From contig JBAQPT010000124.1 of assembly GCA_049306055.1 (NCBI GenBank), positions 1 through 34,962 on the forward strand: 34,962 nt of DNA. The letters are read 5' to 3'. Below the pieces are notes generated by a model. It ran no database searches. It had not been told where the DNA came from and saw nothing but the letters and a program-made list of their open reading frames with translations. Numbering within the stretch: the stretch's first letter is position 1; the number at the start of each line of letters is the position of its first letter. Source of the DNA: Minisyncoccia bacterium. GTDB taxonomy: Bacteria; Patescibacteriota; Minisyncoccia; Phycocordibacterales; UBA2100. Of the stretch, positions 8,444 to 17,856 are shown one piece after another. The translations under genes were made by a program, and so were the position numbers.

Positions 8444-9841
8444 ATGCAGTGCATGGCCAACGTCCGAGTTCCACCCCAAGACATCGAAACAGAAAAAGCA
8501 CTCCTCGGCGCCCTCATGATTAATCAAAACGCGATGTATGACGCAGCGGACGTCGTGCGCGCAGATTCGTTTTATGCCGGAAAACATCGCACGATTTTCG
8601 ACGCGATCGTAAGCTTGCACGCAAAAGGCGAGCCGATCGATATCGTTACTGTTTCTTCAAAGTTGGATGAGCGAAAGCAATTGCAAGATATCGGCGGACG
8701 CGCGTACCTCTCAGAGCTCGCGGGAAGCGCGGCCTCACCTGGCTCAGCCGCGCACTACGCATCGGTCATCCAGACGAAATTTATGCTGCGCTCGCTTATC
8801 GAAGCGGCGGCAAAAATTGGCGAGCTTGGTTTTGCAGAAGATCGTGAAATTGAACAAGTTTTGGATGAGGCGCAAACGGCGGTGTTCGCGATTTCCAATT
8901 CCTCGACGATGCGCAATTTCACCGCCATCAAAGAAGAGCTTGCTGAGGCATGGGAGCGTCTTGAAAACCTGCAAAAACACGAGGGAGCGTTGCGTGGCAT
9001 CCCGACCGGCTTCCCTGCGCTCGATAGCATGCTTTCTGGTTTACAGAAAAGCGATCTGATCATCCTTGCGGCACGCCCAAGTATGGGTAAAACAGCGCTT
9101 GCGCTTGATATTGCGCGGCAGACAGCAACAAAACACTCGACACCGGTCGGTGTTTTTTCTCTCGAAATGTCCTCGCAGCAGTTGGTGGATCGTATGCTCG
9201 CGGCACAGGCCGGGGTGAATTCGTGGCGCCTTCGCACGGGAAAGATTTCAAGAGACGATGAGTACCAGCGCCTGCAAGAAGGTATCGCGCAGCTCTCCGA
9301 GGCGCCGATTTATATCGACGATAAACCGGGCAACACCGTGCTTGCAATGCGTTCAACCGCGCGTCGCATGAAAATGGAAAAAGGGCTCTCGCTCGTCATC
9401 GTCGATTACTTGCAGCTCATTACGCCATCGACCATCGGCTCCAATGTTTCTGTTGTGCAGCAAGTCACGGAAATTTCACGCGCCTTGAAGCAGATGGCAC
9501 GTGAGCTTGAAGTGCCCGTACTCGCGCTCTCGCAGCTTTCTCGTGCTGTTGAACAACGACGCGGGCGTCCGCGCCTTTCAGACCTTCGCGACTCCGGCTC
9601 TATCGAGCAAGACGCCGATGTTGTTATGTTTATTCACCGCGAAGACATGATGGGTTCGCGCGGCACCGATGAAAAGAATAATGTTGCAGAAATCTTGATC
9701 GAAAAGCACCGTAACGGCCCAGTCGGCAAAGTCGATCTTCTCTTCGACGAGCAGCAAACGACGTTCCGCACCGTCGAGAAAGCCGACTTTGGCGACTTTA
9801 CACCGGAAGCAGCCGTCAGCGGCGAAGAAAATCCATTCTGA
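8444..9841 (+). CDS. dnaB: replicative DNA helicase DnaB
   Basis: PPQDIETEKALLGALM, Walker A ARPSMGKTA, and SQLSR...RPRLSDLRDSGSIEQDAD. The ATG at 8444 is preceded by AAGGGTGG. The track start at 8210 runs through the intergenic repeat. Confidence 0.93.
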   Translation: MQCMANVRVPPQDIETEKALLGALMINQNAMYDAADVVRADSFYAGKHRTIFDAIVSLHAKGEPIDIVTVSSKLDERKQLQDIGGRAYLSELAGSAASPGSAAHYASVIQTKFMLRSLIEAAAKIGELGFAEDREIEQVLDEAQTAVFAISNSSTMRNFTAIKEELAEAWERLENLQKHEGALRGIPTGFPALDSMLSGLQKSDLIILAARPSMGKTALALDIARQTATKHSTPVGVFSLEMSSQQLVDRMLAAQAGVNSWRLRTGKISRDDEYQRLQEGIAQLSEAPIYIDDKPGNTVLAMRSTARRMKMEKGLSLVIVDYLQLITPSTIGSNVSVVQQVTEISRALKQMARELEVPVLALSQLSRAVEQRRGRPRLSDLRDSGSIEQDADVVMFIHREDMMGSRGTDEKNNVAEILIEKHRNGPVGKVDLLFDEQQTTFRTVEKADFGDFTPEAAVSGEENPF

Positions 9842-9853
9842 TAAGATGGTGCG

Positions 9854-10456
9854 ATGGATACGATTGATCGCTTGGCCGACCTCTTTCAAAAGTTCCCCGG
9901 CATCGGCCCGCGGCAAGCGCAGCGCTTTGTGCAGTATCTGTTGCGTGCGCCATCGGTGCGGCGCGAACTTCTTGAGAGCGTACGCGACCTTGGTACGAGC
10001 GTGCATCAATGCCCCGATTGTATGCGCTATTCAACGAGCAAGAAGGGACACTGCTCGATCTGCGCGAGCGAGGCGCGAGATCAGTCGGCGCTCGCAGTTG
10101 TCGCATCTGACGCTGACCTTCTTGCGGTTGAGCGCTCACACACGTTCAAGGGTCGCTATTTTGTGCTCGGCGGATTGATTTCGCTTGCTTCGGAAAAGAC
10201 GAGCGGGCTTCGTGTTAAAGAATTACTTTCTTCCATTCCGAAGCGTGCAAAAGCTGGGCTTGCCGAAATTATTCTTGCCTTTCCCGCAAATCCTGAGGGT
10301 GACGCGACGGCGGTGCGCGTTCGCGAAGAACTAGAAAAAACTGCAACGGAACGCACGCTCAAAATAACCAAGCTCGGCCGTGGTCTTTCGACCGGTTCCG
10401 AACTTGAATATGCCGACGCTGACACACTGAAGAGCGCTTTGGATAATAGAAAATAA
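9854..10456 (+). CDS. recR: recombination protein RecR
   Basis: HhH motif FPGIGPRQAQRF, a C4 zinc finger (CPDC...CSIC), and a Toprim-like C-terminus. Confidence 0.92.
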   Translation: MDTIDRLADLFQKFPGIGPRQAQRFVQYLLRAPSVRRELLESVRDLGTSVHQCPDCMRYSTSKKGHCSICASEARDQSALAVVASDADLLAVERSHTFKGRYFVLGGLISLASEKTSGLRVKELLSSIPKRAKAGLAEIILAFPANPEGDATAVRVREELEKTATERTLKITKLGRGLSTGSELEYADADTLKSALDNRK

Positions 10457-10463
10457 AAAATAC

Positions 10464-10490
10464 GAGCCCGCCGCAACGCGCGACGGGCTC
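10464..10490. terminator. hairpin between convergent recR and the DUF1153-like gene
   Basis: GAGCCCG-N13-CGGGCTC, flanked by A-rich sequence on the 5' side and T-rich sequence on the 3' side. Confidence 0.5.
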
Positions 10491-10494
10491 ATGA

Positions 10495-10767
10495 TCATTT
10501 TGCTCGATAGAGCTGTGTATAGGTGGAGCGCAAGCCCGGCAAACCGTGTGCTGTGTACAGGTTTGCCCAACCTAGCAGTTCGTCGCTTGGAAGATCGAAA
10601 CGCTGCTGCGCTTCGGGCATGGAAATCAATCCTCCCCGAATCGCAACGACGACGACAGCCTTCCGATACGGCGTCCACCGTTTCGTTGACGCAGGCGGGA
10701 TGTCCGCCGGCGTAATCACCTCCTTTTTCGGGCCCACGAGGTGAAGCGGGTTTACTGACGTGCGCAT
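10495..10767 (-). CDS. DUF1153-like small HTH protein
   Basis: PPASTKRWTPYRKAVVVVAIRGGLISMPEAQQRFDLPSDELLGWANLYTAHGLPGLRST fits the DUF1153 pattern (RW..RKA.VV.A...GLI...A...Y.LS.EE...W....HG...LR.T). AAGGGAG-N6-ATG at 10767. Confidence 0.65.
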   Translation of the reverse strand: MRTSVNPLHLVGPKKEVITPADIPPASTKRWTPYRKAVVVVAIRGGLISMPEAQQRFDLPSDELLGWANLYTAHGLPGLRSTYTQLYRAK

Positions 10768-10875
10768 TTCAAACTCCCTTGGTTGGAGTTTGACGCGCTC
10801 CCTACTTTTTTTGTTTTCGAGCAGCCGCGTCATTTATACCACAAAATATACGTTAAGTCCATCGCGTACACCCGT

Positions 10876-10904
10876 AAGCAAAACGACCCTTTGGGGGCCG
10901 TTTT
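10876..10904 (-). terminator. imperfect intrinsic terminator after rplU
   Basis: On the minus strand: AAAACGGCCCC-caaa-GGGTCGTTTT, followed by GCTT. Confidence 0.45.
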
Positions 10905-10905
10905 G

Positions 10906-11220
10906 TTAGAGAGAAATTTTTACTTTCGTGTACGGTTGTCGGTGACCCTTCTTTTTCATGTAGCGTGACTTCTGGCGGTAGCGGAGAACAACTTTCTTTG
11001 CATCGCGGCCTTCTTCGAGGATTTCGCCACCCACTTTTGCTCCGGAAACCATCGGGGTACCTACGGCAACCTTGTCGCCATCGGCGGTGAGGAGGACCTG
11101 GTCGAAATTGACCTTCGCCCCAACCCCCTTGGTGCCCTTCAGGGTCTCGACGTAAATGACGTCCCCGTCCTTGACGAGGTACTGCTTGGCGCCCGTTTCT
11201 ATGATCGCGAATTTAGCCAT
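10906..11220 (-). CDS. rplU: 50S ribosomal protein L21
   Basis: MAKFAIIETGAKQYLVKDGDVIYVE...KVVLRYRQKSRYMKKKGHRQPYTKV. No rpmA follows it. Confidence 0.93.
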   Translation of the reverse strand: MAKFAIIETGAKQYLVKDGDVIYVETLKGTKGVGAKVNFDQVLLTADGDKVAVGTPMVSGAKVGGEILEEGRDAKKVVLRYRQKSRYMKKKGHRQPYTKVKISL

Positions 11221-11259
11221 ACGTGGCGTCACTATACGACATCGTTCGAAAATGCGCAA

Positions 11260-11586
11260 TTATTCACCCTTAAGCTCCGCAGCTCTCCCTTTAATGACCT
11301 CAAACTCCTTCCGCGCAGCTTCTTCCACAAACGCATCAAGGTTCGGGATGAATTTAAGGAAGAAATCTAGGATCTTCTGCGGGTCGCCGCTTTTTGCGAT
11401 CGCTTCGAAATCGGCACGCTCCGATTCCGGTATCTTTTTGAAAATCTCGACGACAACGCGCGTCAGTATGGCCTCACTCATGAGGTGTAATGTCGCATTC
11501 TGCGTATCCGTGTCTTCGCGCTCGATTCCGAGCTTTGCGAGAATGCTCTCCGCCATTTCTTCGCCGAGCAGGTCTTTAAGTGCCAT
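11260..11586 (-). CDS. hypothetical small acidic helical protein
   Basis: The ORF is continuous with the operon. The start is ambiguous (ATG at 11586 or 11604) and overlaps the end of the upstream gene. Confidence 0.5.
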   Translation of the reverse strand: MALKDLLGEEMAESILAKLGIEREDTDTQNATLHLMSEAILTRVVVEIFKKIPESERADFEAIAKSGDPQKILDFFLKFIPNLDAFVEEAARKEFEVIKGRAAELKGE

Positions 11587-12661
11587 ATCGAACGCGCGAC
11601 GCAAGAAGAGAGACGTACTCGCTCACGGACATCTTTGTCGGAATTATTTGTGCGACGAGGGTGGGGTAGTTTTTCTGTATCATCTTGCTCCATCGCTCGA
11701 TAAAGACAGGGTCCGTCATCAACCGATCGAAATAGATAGGATCGTTGACTTCCGTCCACGAGATCGTACCTCCTGTTCGATTGAGAAGCGTGTTTTGATA
11801 GACTTCGTCGTTTGCTACTTCCTGGAAGGATTGGACGAGCGCCGCCCGCCCTGCTGTGTTCAAGTCTAATTCCGCAGCGATGAGCACATTGTTCAATTTT
11901 GAGAGAAGCGTGCTCCATACGCTCTGCCTTCCCGTTAGAATCGTGGGATCTGGCGCAGTTTCGGGGATGATCGTATTAATTATGCGCGGGTTTTGCGGAG
12001 AACCCTTCAGGGCAGTTGTTGCGCTCTGGGGCTCTGCTGGTGCTACCGGCGGAGGCACTTTGGGATCAGGTATGTGAGGAGATCGCGAAGGTGTCGACAA
12101 ACCACTGTTTAAATACGCATCGATCGCCGCACCTGCAACGACGTAAGTTACAAGGCCGACAAATAGCGCGCTCGGTACGCTGATACTCGGCATACGGTTC
12201 TTCAGCCACGTGTGCGTTTTTGTCCCGAGCACCGCGCCGGCGACGGATCCGAGGATCGGCGGCAACGATTTTCGCCAATTCTGAACGTCCATGTACATCA
12301 TCATGACGATAACGACGGGGAGTGCGGATATCGGTGTCCTTTGGACGAGTTGGGACTCCGCGTACGCATTTAGGGCATTATTGGTCGCCCTGAGAGGACG
12401 GATTTTCTTGAGTTCACGCGTTGCTGCCTTGAGCCGATCATGCGACGCGAGCACGAGTGATCCAACATTATACGTAAGTTCACCAAATCCCTCGCCGGCC
12501 TTCCTTGAAAATTTTTTCGCTTGTTTGACGAGCGCCTCTGCTTTGTTGCGCACACGAGATTCTTGCGTATTCAAATCAGCAGTAAAAAAACGTTGGCGTC
12601 GTTCTCTAAATCCAGTCCAATCGCTGTCGGAATCACGAATATGCTCGCGCATGTCTCTCAT
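11576..12661 (-). CDS. hypothetical membrane protein (central TM pair, Pro-rich linker)
   Basis: 361-aa ORF with TM segments near LPVVIVMMMYM and SALFVGLVTYVVAGAAI. TAGACT-N6-ATG lies directly after a terminator. Confidence 0.55.
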   Translation of the reverse strand: MRDMREHIRDSDSDWTGFRERRQRFFTADLNTQESRVRNKAEALVKQAKKFSRKAGEGFGELTYNVGSLVLASHDRLKAATRELKKIRPLRATNNALNAYAESQLVQRTPISALPVVIVMMMYMDVQNWRKSLPPILGSVAGAVLGTKTHTWLKNRMPSISVPSALFVGLVTYVVAGAAIDAYLNSGLSTPSRSPHIPDPKVPPPVAPAEPQSATTALKGSPQNPRIINTIIPETAPDPTILTGRQSVWSTLLSKLNNVLIAAELDLNTAGRAALVQSFQEVANDEVYQNTLLNRTGGTISWTEVNDPIYFDRLMTDPVFIERWSKMIQKNYPTLVAQIIPTKMSVSEYVSLLASRVRYGT

Positions 12662-12670
12662 TGTATCAGT

Positions 12671-12706
12671 CTAAAATAGAAGGTGCCCCGACGGAGCCGG
12701 GACACC
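12671..12706 (-). terminator. intrinsic terminator after the 85-aa secreted-protein gene
   Basis: On the minus strand: GGTGTCCCG-N7-CGGGGCACC (9 bp including one G-U), followed by TTCTATTTTAG. Confidence 0.6.
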
Positions 12707-12738
12707 CTGTGTTGAATGCGGTTGTGCCGCCGATCAGA

Positions 12739-12996
12739 TCAGTTCGTGAAGTTGTACCAGACCGATGCGGGGCTGAAGAAATCTCCCCAGGTGCGGCTGT
12801 CGTTGCACGGGCCCTGCCCGTACATGTCGTACTGGTCGCACCGCCCGCGATTCAGGCCGATCTTCTCCTTAGTCCCGATGCCGGCGTCGTAGTACTGGAC
12901 CCTGGCCCTGCTGTACGCGTGACTGGCCACTACTGTTGCAGTGTACCCAGCAGCTGCAAGCACGAGCGCAATGCCGACGATTCTTGGGCCTCTCAT
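12739..12996 (-). CDS. small secreted protein (signal peptide, 2 Cys)
   Basis: MRGPRIVGIALVLAAAGYTATVVASHA looks like a signal peptide. The gene has its own terminator downstream. The SD is weak (GGAG-N3). Confidence 0.45.
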   Translation of the reverse strand: MRGPRIVGIALVLAAAGYTATVVASHAYSRARVQYYDAGIGTKEKIGLNRGRCDQYDMYGQGPCNDSRTWGDFFSPASVWYNFTN

Positions 12997-13126
12997 CGCA
13001 TCTACTCCATGTGAAGTGTCCGCAGGATGCGGACCGTCTTTACACCCGCGTCATTGCGAGTGCAAACAGGATTCTAACAGTACTTTTCATGAAGGCAAGT
13101 TGATTCTCCTTCCTGCATGTGGAGTA

Positions 13127-13774
13127 CTACTCTTCTGTTGTCTGTGGCTTTTCGAACAAACCCACGTCCAACGCCGCCAAACGGGTCTTCGCTTGCTCCT
13201 TTAGAGCCTTCGAACTGATTTGAAACCGCGCATCAGTCGAAAAAGCATCAATAGCCTCTTTCACACTGTCCATGAGCGGCTGAGGGTCCGGCGCAGATAC
13301 CTCCCCCTTTTCGAGCTGAGTCATTTCTTTATTAATACGGTCAAGATCAGATTGATTTAGAACATCGGGGTAATGTGGTAGTAAGTCGTACGCTTCTTGT
13401 GCCGCTTGATAGATTAAGTAGCAGCGTCTATAAGCAATGCTGACGTCTTTAAACTGATCAAGGGCGCTTAACTCCGATGCTGCTGCAGAAATGGTATGCC
13501 CTATTATTCCTAGCAGCTGGTTGTAGTTAGGATCAGAGCGGTCAGGCTTGGAAGTAGCGTTATGGTGCTCTTTCATTTTCTCAAACGCATACACCATACG
13601 AGCTTGATGAATCAAATTACCTATTTCATTCGGGAGTTTTGCTCGCTCCATAGCTCGTAGCGCTGGGGGGCCGCTAAGAAAATATTCATCTTCAGCTTCT
13701 GAAAGTGCAATAACCTCCGCAAAAGCAGCTTGTTCTTGAGCTTTTGCCTGCGCTTTTTCCAGATCGTCAGACAT
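13127..13774 (-). CDS. hypothetical helical protein, translationally adjacent to rmuC
   Basis: 215-aa ORF that starts 4 nt after the rmuC stop. No recognised motif. Confidence 0.55.
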   Translation of the reverse strand: MSDDLEKAQAKAQEQAAFAEVIALSEAEDEYFLSGPPALRAMERAKLPNEIGNLIHQARMVYAFEKMKEHHNATSKPDRSDPNYNQLLGIIGHTISAAASELSALDQFKDVSIAYRRCYLIYQAAQEAYDLLPHYPDVLNQSDLDRINKEMTQLEKGEVSAPDPQPLMDSVKEAIDAFSTDARFQISSKALKEQAKTRLAALDVGLFEKPQTTEE

Positions 13775-13777
13775 ATA

Positions 13778-14854
13778 TCAACGATCGTCCCCTCCTTGCG
13801 GTTTTTCCAAAAGTTCGACTTCCAGTCCTGTCGATTCACCAGTGATGCGAAGAACATCCTTGTCGATTTTCCCAAGCTCCTTTGCCCCCGCATTGAAATG
13901 ATTCACCGTGGTCGAGAGCGAGTTCCCTACTTTTTTGTAATAGTCTTCGTATGCCTTCAGGTGGCGTGAAAGATTTTCGACATTCTTTGCGATGTCCTTT
14001 GCCGTCTCTTCGATTTTGAATGCCTTGAAGCCGTAGAGGACTGATTGGAGGTACGCGGCAAAGGTTGTCGGAGAGACAATGATGACTTTCTTTTCGTTGT
14101 AGGCGTAGTCGATAAGGTTGCGCGTGTTTACTTTCACGGAGCCGACTTCGTTGATGAGAAGGTCGTAGTAAATCGCTTCGGCGGGGATATACATAAAGGC
14201 AAACGGGAGCGTGCCGTCTTTGGTGCGGACGTATTTCGCCGTTTCGTCGATGCGCATTTTGAGGTCGTTTTTGAATTGCTTCTCGAGATCGGCACGCTGA
14301 TCGTCGTCGACCGCCTGGACGAGTCGTTGATAGTTATCGAGGGAAAACTTCGCGTCGATCGGGATAACGCCTTCTTTGGTAACGACCACTGCATCAACCG
14401 TTTCCCCTCCCGGAAATTCGTACTGCATTTTGTACGAGCCAGGCGGAAGGATATTGGCAAGAATAAGTTCGAGCGATGCTTCGCCAAGATTTCCTCGTTG
14501 CTTTTGATGCTTCAAGACTTTCTCGAGGTTCGCAAGCTGCTCCGCGATCGTCATGAATCGCGTCGTGGCTTCGTTCGTCTTTGTCTGCTCGCGCGCAACT
14601 TCGGTAAGTTGCTTTGCAACAAGATCGCGAATGTCGGACGCGAGTCGTTGAGACTCGCCGAACTGCGTTTTCATGCTTTCAAACATCCGGTTCGTTCCTT
14701 CGCCGAGCTTGCTCTCCATAGTGCGCGAAAGGTCTTGCAGCTGATTCTGAAGAAGGACCATGCTGTGACTGTCTTGCGGCTGCTGCCGACGCCATAAAAA
14801 GAACGCCATAACGCCAAGATTGAGCACCAAAAGCCCGATTATGAGCCATTCCAT
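13778..14854 (-). CDS. rmuC: DNA recombination protein RmuC
   Basis: Has an N-terminal TM helix, a coiled coil, IPIDAKFSLDNY, FAFMYIPAEAIYY and IIVSPTTFAAYLQSV. TGgTACTAT-N6-ATG lies upstream. Confidence 0.88.
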   Translation of the reverse strand: MEWLIIGLLVLNLGVMAFFLWRRQQPQDSHSMVLLQNQLQDLSRTMESKLGEGTNRMFESMKTQFGESQRLASDIRDLVAKQLTEVAREQTKTNEATTRFMTIAEQLANLEKVLKHQKQRGNLGEASLELILANILPPGSYKMQYEFPGGETVDAVVVTKEGVIPIDAKFSLDNYQRLVQAVDDDQRADLEKQFKNDLKMRIDETAKYVRTKDGTLPFAFMYIPAEAIYYDLLINEVGSVKVNTRNLIDYAYNEKKVIIVSPTTFAAYLQSVLYGFKAFKIEETAKDIAKNVENLSRHLKAYEDYYKKVGNSLSTTVNHFNAGAKELGKIDKDVLRITGESTGLEVELLEKPQGGDDR

Positions 14855-14888
14855 GGTGCAATAGTACCATGGGTCGATTTTCGACCGA

Positions 14889-15743
14889 ATGTGTCATACA
14901 ATTTCACTAGTCGGTTCCAAGGTGGAGGATCCCGTGAAAAGACCATCGTTCGCTGAATTCGATCAACTTCTCCGGAAGGCGCAGTATCTTGAGAAAATGC
15001 ACGAGCTCAAGTCCGAATATGGCGCTCGAGATGAACGTGTTTCGCAAGTGCGTGCGAAACTGATCAAGCTGAAAGAAGAGTCTGCTGAGTATATGGAAGC
15101 AGATGTGGCCGTAGAATTTGCTCGCGAGAGCGCGCATCTAAGTGGCAAAGGTAAAAGACACACTGGCCTTACGTACATCGATCTCTACGAAACACACGTA
15201 GTTGAACCAAATGGTTCGAGAAAGATTTACGAAATTCATACCGGTAAACTTGGGTATGCAGATACTCTGTTCAGACGCCATATTGAGCTGGTGAATTTAG
15301 TGATCAACGGACCTGTTCCAGAGCATTCACCAAGCCCTTCACTCATCAACGACGCTTTACGCGGAAGCGATGGTGAAGTCTGGTGGCGAGATGGTTTGCG
15401 CCAAGGAACATGGGACTTCCTCCCGCGCCCTGAGTACGTCGAGATCCTGATGGAATTGTGGCTCGAGTACGAGCAAGAGGTAGTCGCAACGTATGCACAA
15501 GCACTAGAAGATCAGCGCGAGGCAATATCCTGGGCACTCTATGACCTGTTTATCGGAATTGAGCCGTTTTCCGGCGCCAATGATCGAACGGCACGTCTAT
15601 TGCTGCAATCAGTGCGGCGTAGAATTGGCCTTGAGCCCGTGCTCATCCGTCAAATGCATGGCCGTTATCACGAGAAGCGATTTGTGTTCTTCCGCGACAC
15701 AATATTTGTGCCCCTGATGAGAGACTATCAATTCATCATCTAG
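14889..15743 (+). CDS. Fic/Fido-fold protein with a degenerate active-site motif
   Basis: IGIEPFSGANDRTARLLL (15561-15596) aligns to the Fic motif HPFx(D/E)GNGRxxR with His replaced by Glu and GNG replaced by AND. An alternative start is the GTG at 14934, preceded by AAGGTGGAGGA. Confidence 0.6.
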   Translation: MCHTISLVGSKVEDPVKRPSFAEFDQLLRKAQYLEKMHELKSEYGARDERVSQVRAKLIKLKEESAEYMEADVAVEFARESAHLSGKGKRHTGLTYIDLYETHVVEPNGSRKIYEIHTGKLGYADTLFRRHIELVNLVINGPVPEHSPSPSLINDALRGSDGEVWWRDGLRQGTWDFLPRPEYVEILMELWLEYEQEVVATYAQALEDQREAISWALYDLFIGIEPFSGANDRTARLLLQSVRRRIGLEPVLIRQMHGRYHEKRFVFFRDTIFVPLMRDYQFII

Positions 15744-15748
15744 CCCTG

Positions 15749-15777
15749 TCCCCTCCGCGGCCTCGCCACGGAGGGGA
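15749..15777 (+). terminator. intrinsic terminator after the Fic-like gene
   Basis: TCCCCTCCG-N11-CGGAGGGGA followed by TTATTCTGTATATTTCTT. The T-rich tail contains the -10 box of the next gene. Confidence 0.6.
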
Positions 15778-15797
15778 TTATTCTGTATATTTCTTAT

Positions 15798-16244
15798 ATG
15801 CTCATAGACCAAATCAAAAGTGACATGAAGGAGGCGATGAAAGCGAAGGACGATCTGCGAGTGCAGACACTTCGCGGCGTTATTGCTGCATGTACAAACG
15901 AACTTGTCGCGAAAAATATGAAGCCGACGGACGCGGTGGACGACGCCATGGTGCTGGCCGTTTTGAAACGACTCGGCAAGCAACGAAAAGATTCGGCAGA
16001 ACAATTTGAAAAAGGCGGCCGCGCGGAACTTGCCGCAAAAGAATTGAAAGAGTTGAAGATTCTCGAAAACTACTTGCCGCAACAAGCTTCGCGCGAAGAT
16101 ATTTTGAAAGTAGCGCAGGCGAAAAAAGAAGAATTGAAAGTGGACGCCGCGGGCAAGGGCAAGCTGATGGGAATTGTGATGAAGGAACTCGGAGGTAATG
16201 CCGACGGTGGACTCGTAAAGGAAGTCGTTGAGTCGCTTTTTTGA
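15798..16244 (+). CDS. GatB/YqeY domain-containing protein
   Basis: IKSDMKEAMKAKDDLRVQTLRGVIAA...ELKILENYLPQQ...GKLMGIVMKELGGNADG. Confidence 0.88.
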   Translation: MLIDQIKSDMKEAMKAKDDLRVQTLRGVIAACTNELVAKNMKPTDAVDDAMVLAVLKRLGKQRKDSAEQFEKGGRAELAAKELKELKILENYLPQQASREDILKVAQAKKEELKVDAAGKGKLMGIVMKELGGNADGGLVKEVVESLF

Positions 16245-16245
16245 T

Positions 16246-17427
16246 TTAAAGCAACTTCCGGTGCAGGTGGTGCGAGAGGAGGACCGAAGCTGCTGCTGCA
16301 AATGCGGCGGCCACCATTATGATCGCAAAGGCGATAACCGTTGGGTACATAAAGACGATCTTTGCAAAAATGAGACACGTAATGATGCGGCCAAGGGCGA
16401 GTCCCATTTCTTTTAGCGCCGTGTATTCATCCACATAATGCCCGTGATCTGCCCATTGATCGTGCGTGTGTGCGTCAACACCACGACTGCGCGGCGATGC
16501 GCCCGAATGGTAATACACGTCAGCGACGATAATTTGCACGGGCGTTCCTGCGGCGAGACGGAAAATCCAACTTGAGAAAGCGATTGTGGCGAGCACGTAG
16601 GGCGAACGTTCCGCACGGACAAATTGCAGCGCACGTCCGATAATTTTTCGTCCGAGAAACGCGACAAGAAACGTGATTGCCATCACGATGCCAAAAGCAG
16701 TGAATGATTGATTCAAAATGAGGAATGCCGCGAGTGGCCAGATGAGAAGAAGCGCGGTGCCCTGTATGCCATCGAGAACTGAAAGCCACAAGACACCGCG
16801 ATGCGCGCGAGAAAAAAGCGCATTGAGCGTCCCGACATAACTCCATTCAAACCGTTCATAGGTCTCTGGCATTTCCACAAGCGCGATTGCTGCGGCAAGC
16901 GCGATTGCTGCGGCGGAAGCGAAGAGAAGCCCCGCTCCCCCGCTTACTTCCGCGATAACGTAGCCGCCGATAAGCGGCACAAGTGCGAGCGACGCTTCGC
17001 CATAACCGAATCGACTCCTGTCGGGCGCAGCGGCAGCATAGGGCACGAAATACAGCGCCCGCTGGATGCCATTCAGAATGACAAATCCGGCGATAAGCGA
17101 AAATGCCACGTCAGGAAATTTTGCAAAACGCGAAATGAAAAGCTCGGCGAGAAAACCAAACGAGACGAGCGACGCGAGCGAGCCGAGAATAAGTGCGCGC
17201 CGCACCCCATGCCGCAGCGCCGCGCCCGCAAGCGGCGTCAGCAGGAACGAGATACCGTGCGAGATTGCAAAAAGAAGCGCGGTGCCGCCAAGCGCGAGCG
17301 CGATATCACCCGAGAAAACATGCAACACGCGAAACACGATTACCCACGCGAAAAAGTTTCCTGCGGCAAGGGCGAGACGGAAAAGATAGCGATGAATCGC
17401 GAGCACTCGCGGGCCAATCTCGCCCAT
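16246..17427 (-). CDS. MFS-like multi-pass transporter
   Basis: Roughly 10-12 TM helices. LAGAALRHGVRRALILG resembles MFS motif A. Confidence 0.55.
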   Translation of the reverse strand: MGEIGPRVLAIHRYLFRLALAAGNFFAWVIVFRVLHVFSGDIALALGGTALLFAISHGISFLLTPLAGAALRHGVRRALILGSLASLVSFGFLAELFISRFAKFPDVAFSLIAGFVILNGIQRALYFVPYAAAAPDRSRFGYGEASLALVPLIGGYVIAEVSGGAGLLFASAAAIALAAAIALVEMPETYERFEWSYVGTLNALFSRAHRGVLWLSVLDGIQGTALLLIWPLAAFLILNQSFTAFGIVMAITFLVAFLGRKIIGRALQFVRAERSPYVLATIAFSSWIFRLAAGTPVQIIVADVYYHSGASPRSRGVDAHTHDQWADHGHYVDEYTALKEMGLALGRIITCLIFAKIVFMYPTVIAFAIIMVAAAFAAAASVLLSHHLHRKLL

Positions 17428-17429
17428 AG

Positions 17430-17846
17430 CTACACCCGAGGGCGGTACGCCATTTCAGAACGCGGACGCGGCGTTACTTTTGCTGTTGTGGAAGAAATGC
17501 TCCAGGGAAAAGAAAACGTGAGAACGGGAATAATCGCGACCAGCGCATACCCTGCCCAGACGCTCCATTCGGCGTACAGCGTCCATCCTGAAAACGGTAC
17601 GAGAAAAATTGCATCGAGAATGATTGCGGCTACTGCCCAAGAAATCGAATACGGAAGAACGTCCATGCGCGTGGCGAGATGCAGTGAACGAGCCGCAAAC
17701 GTTGTCACGAGCGCGAGTGTGCCGATACGAAATACGAGAGAAAGAATACCAAGCGACAGGCCGTAAATAACGAGACCTGACCAAATGAGATACATGATCG
17801 CGTACACGACGATTCCCCAACCGACGGCGCGCAAAGCAAACTGCAT
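17430..17846 (-). CDS. hypothetical 4-TM membrane protein
   Basis: The ATG at 17846 (MQFALRAVGWG) is preceded by TATGAT-N6 directly after a terminator. The longer track ORF (to 18089) overlaps the RRM gene. Confidence 0.55.
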   Translation of the reverse strand: MQFALRAVGWGIVVYAIMYLIWSGLVIYGLSLGILSLVFRIGTLALVTTFAARSLHLATRMDVLPYSISWAVAAIILDAIFLVPFSGWTLYAEWSVWAGYALVAIIPVLTFSFPWSISSTTAKVTPRPRSEMAYRPRV

Positions 17847-17856
17847 ACACAAATCA

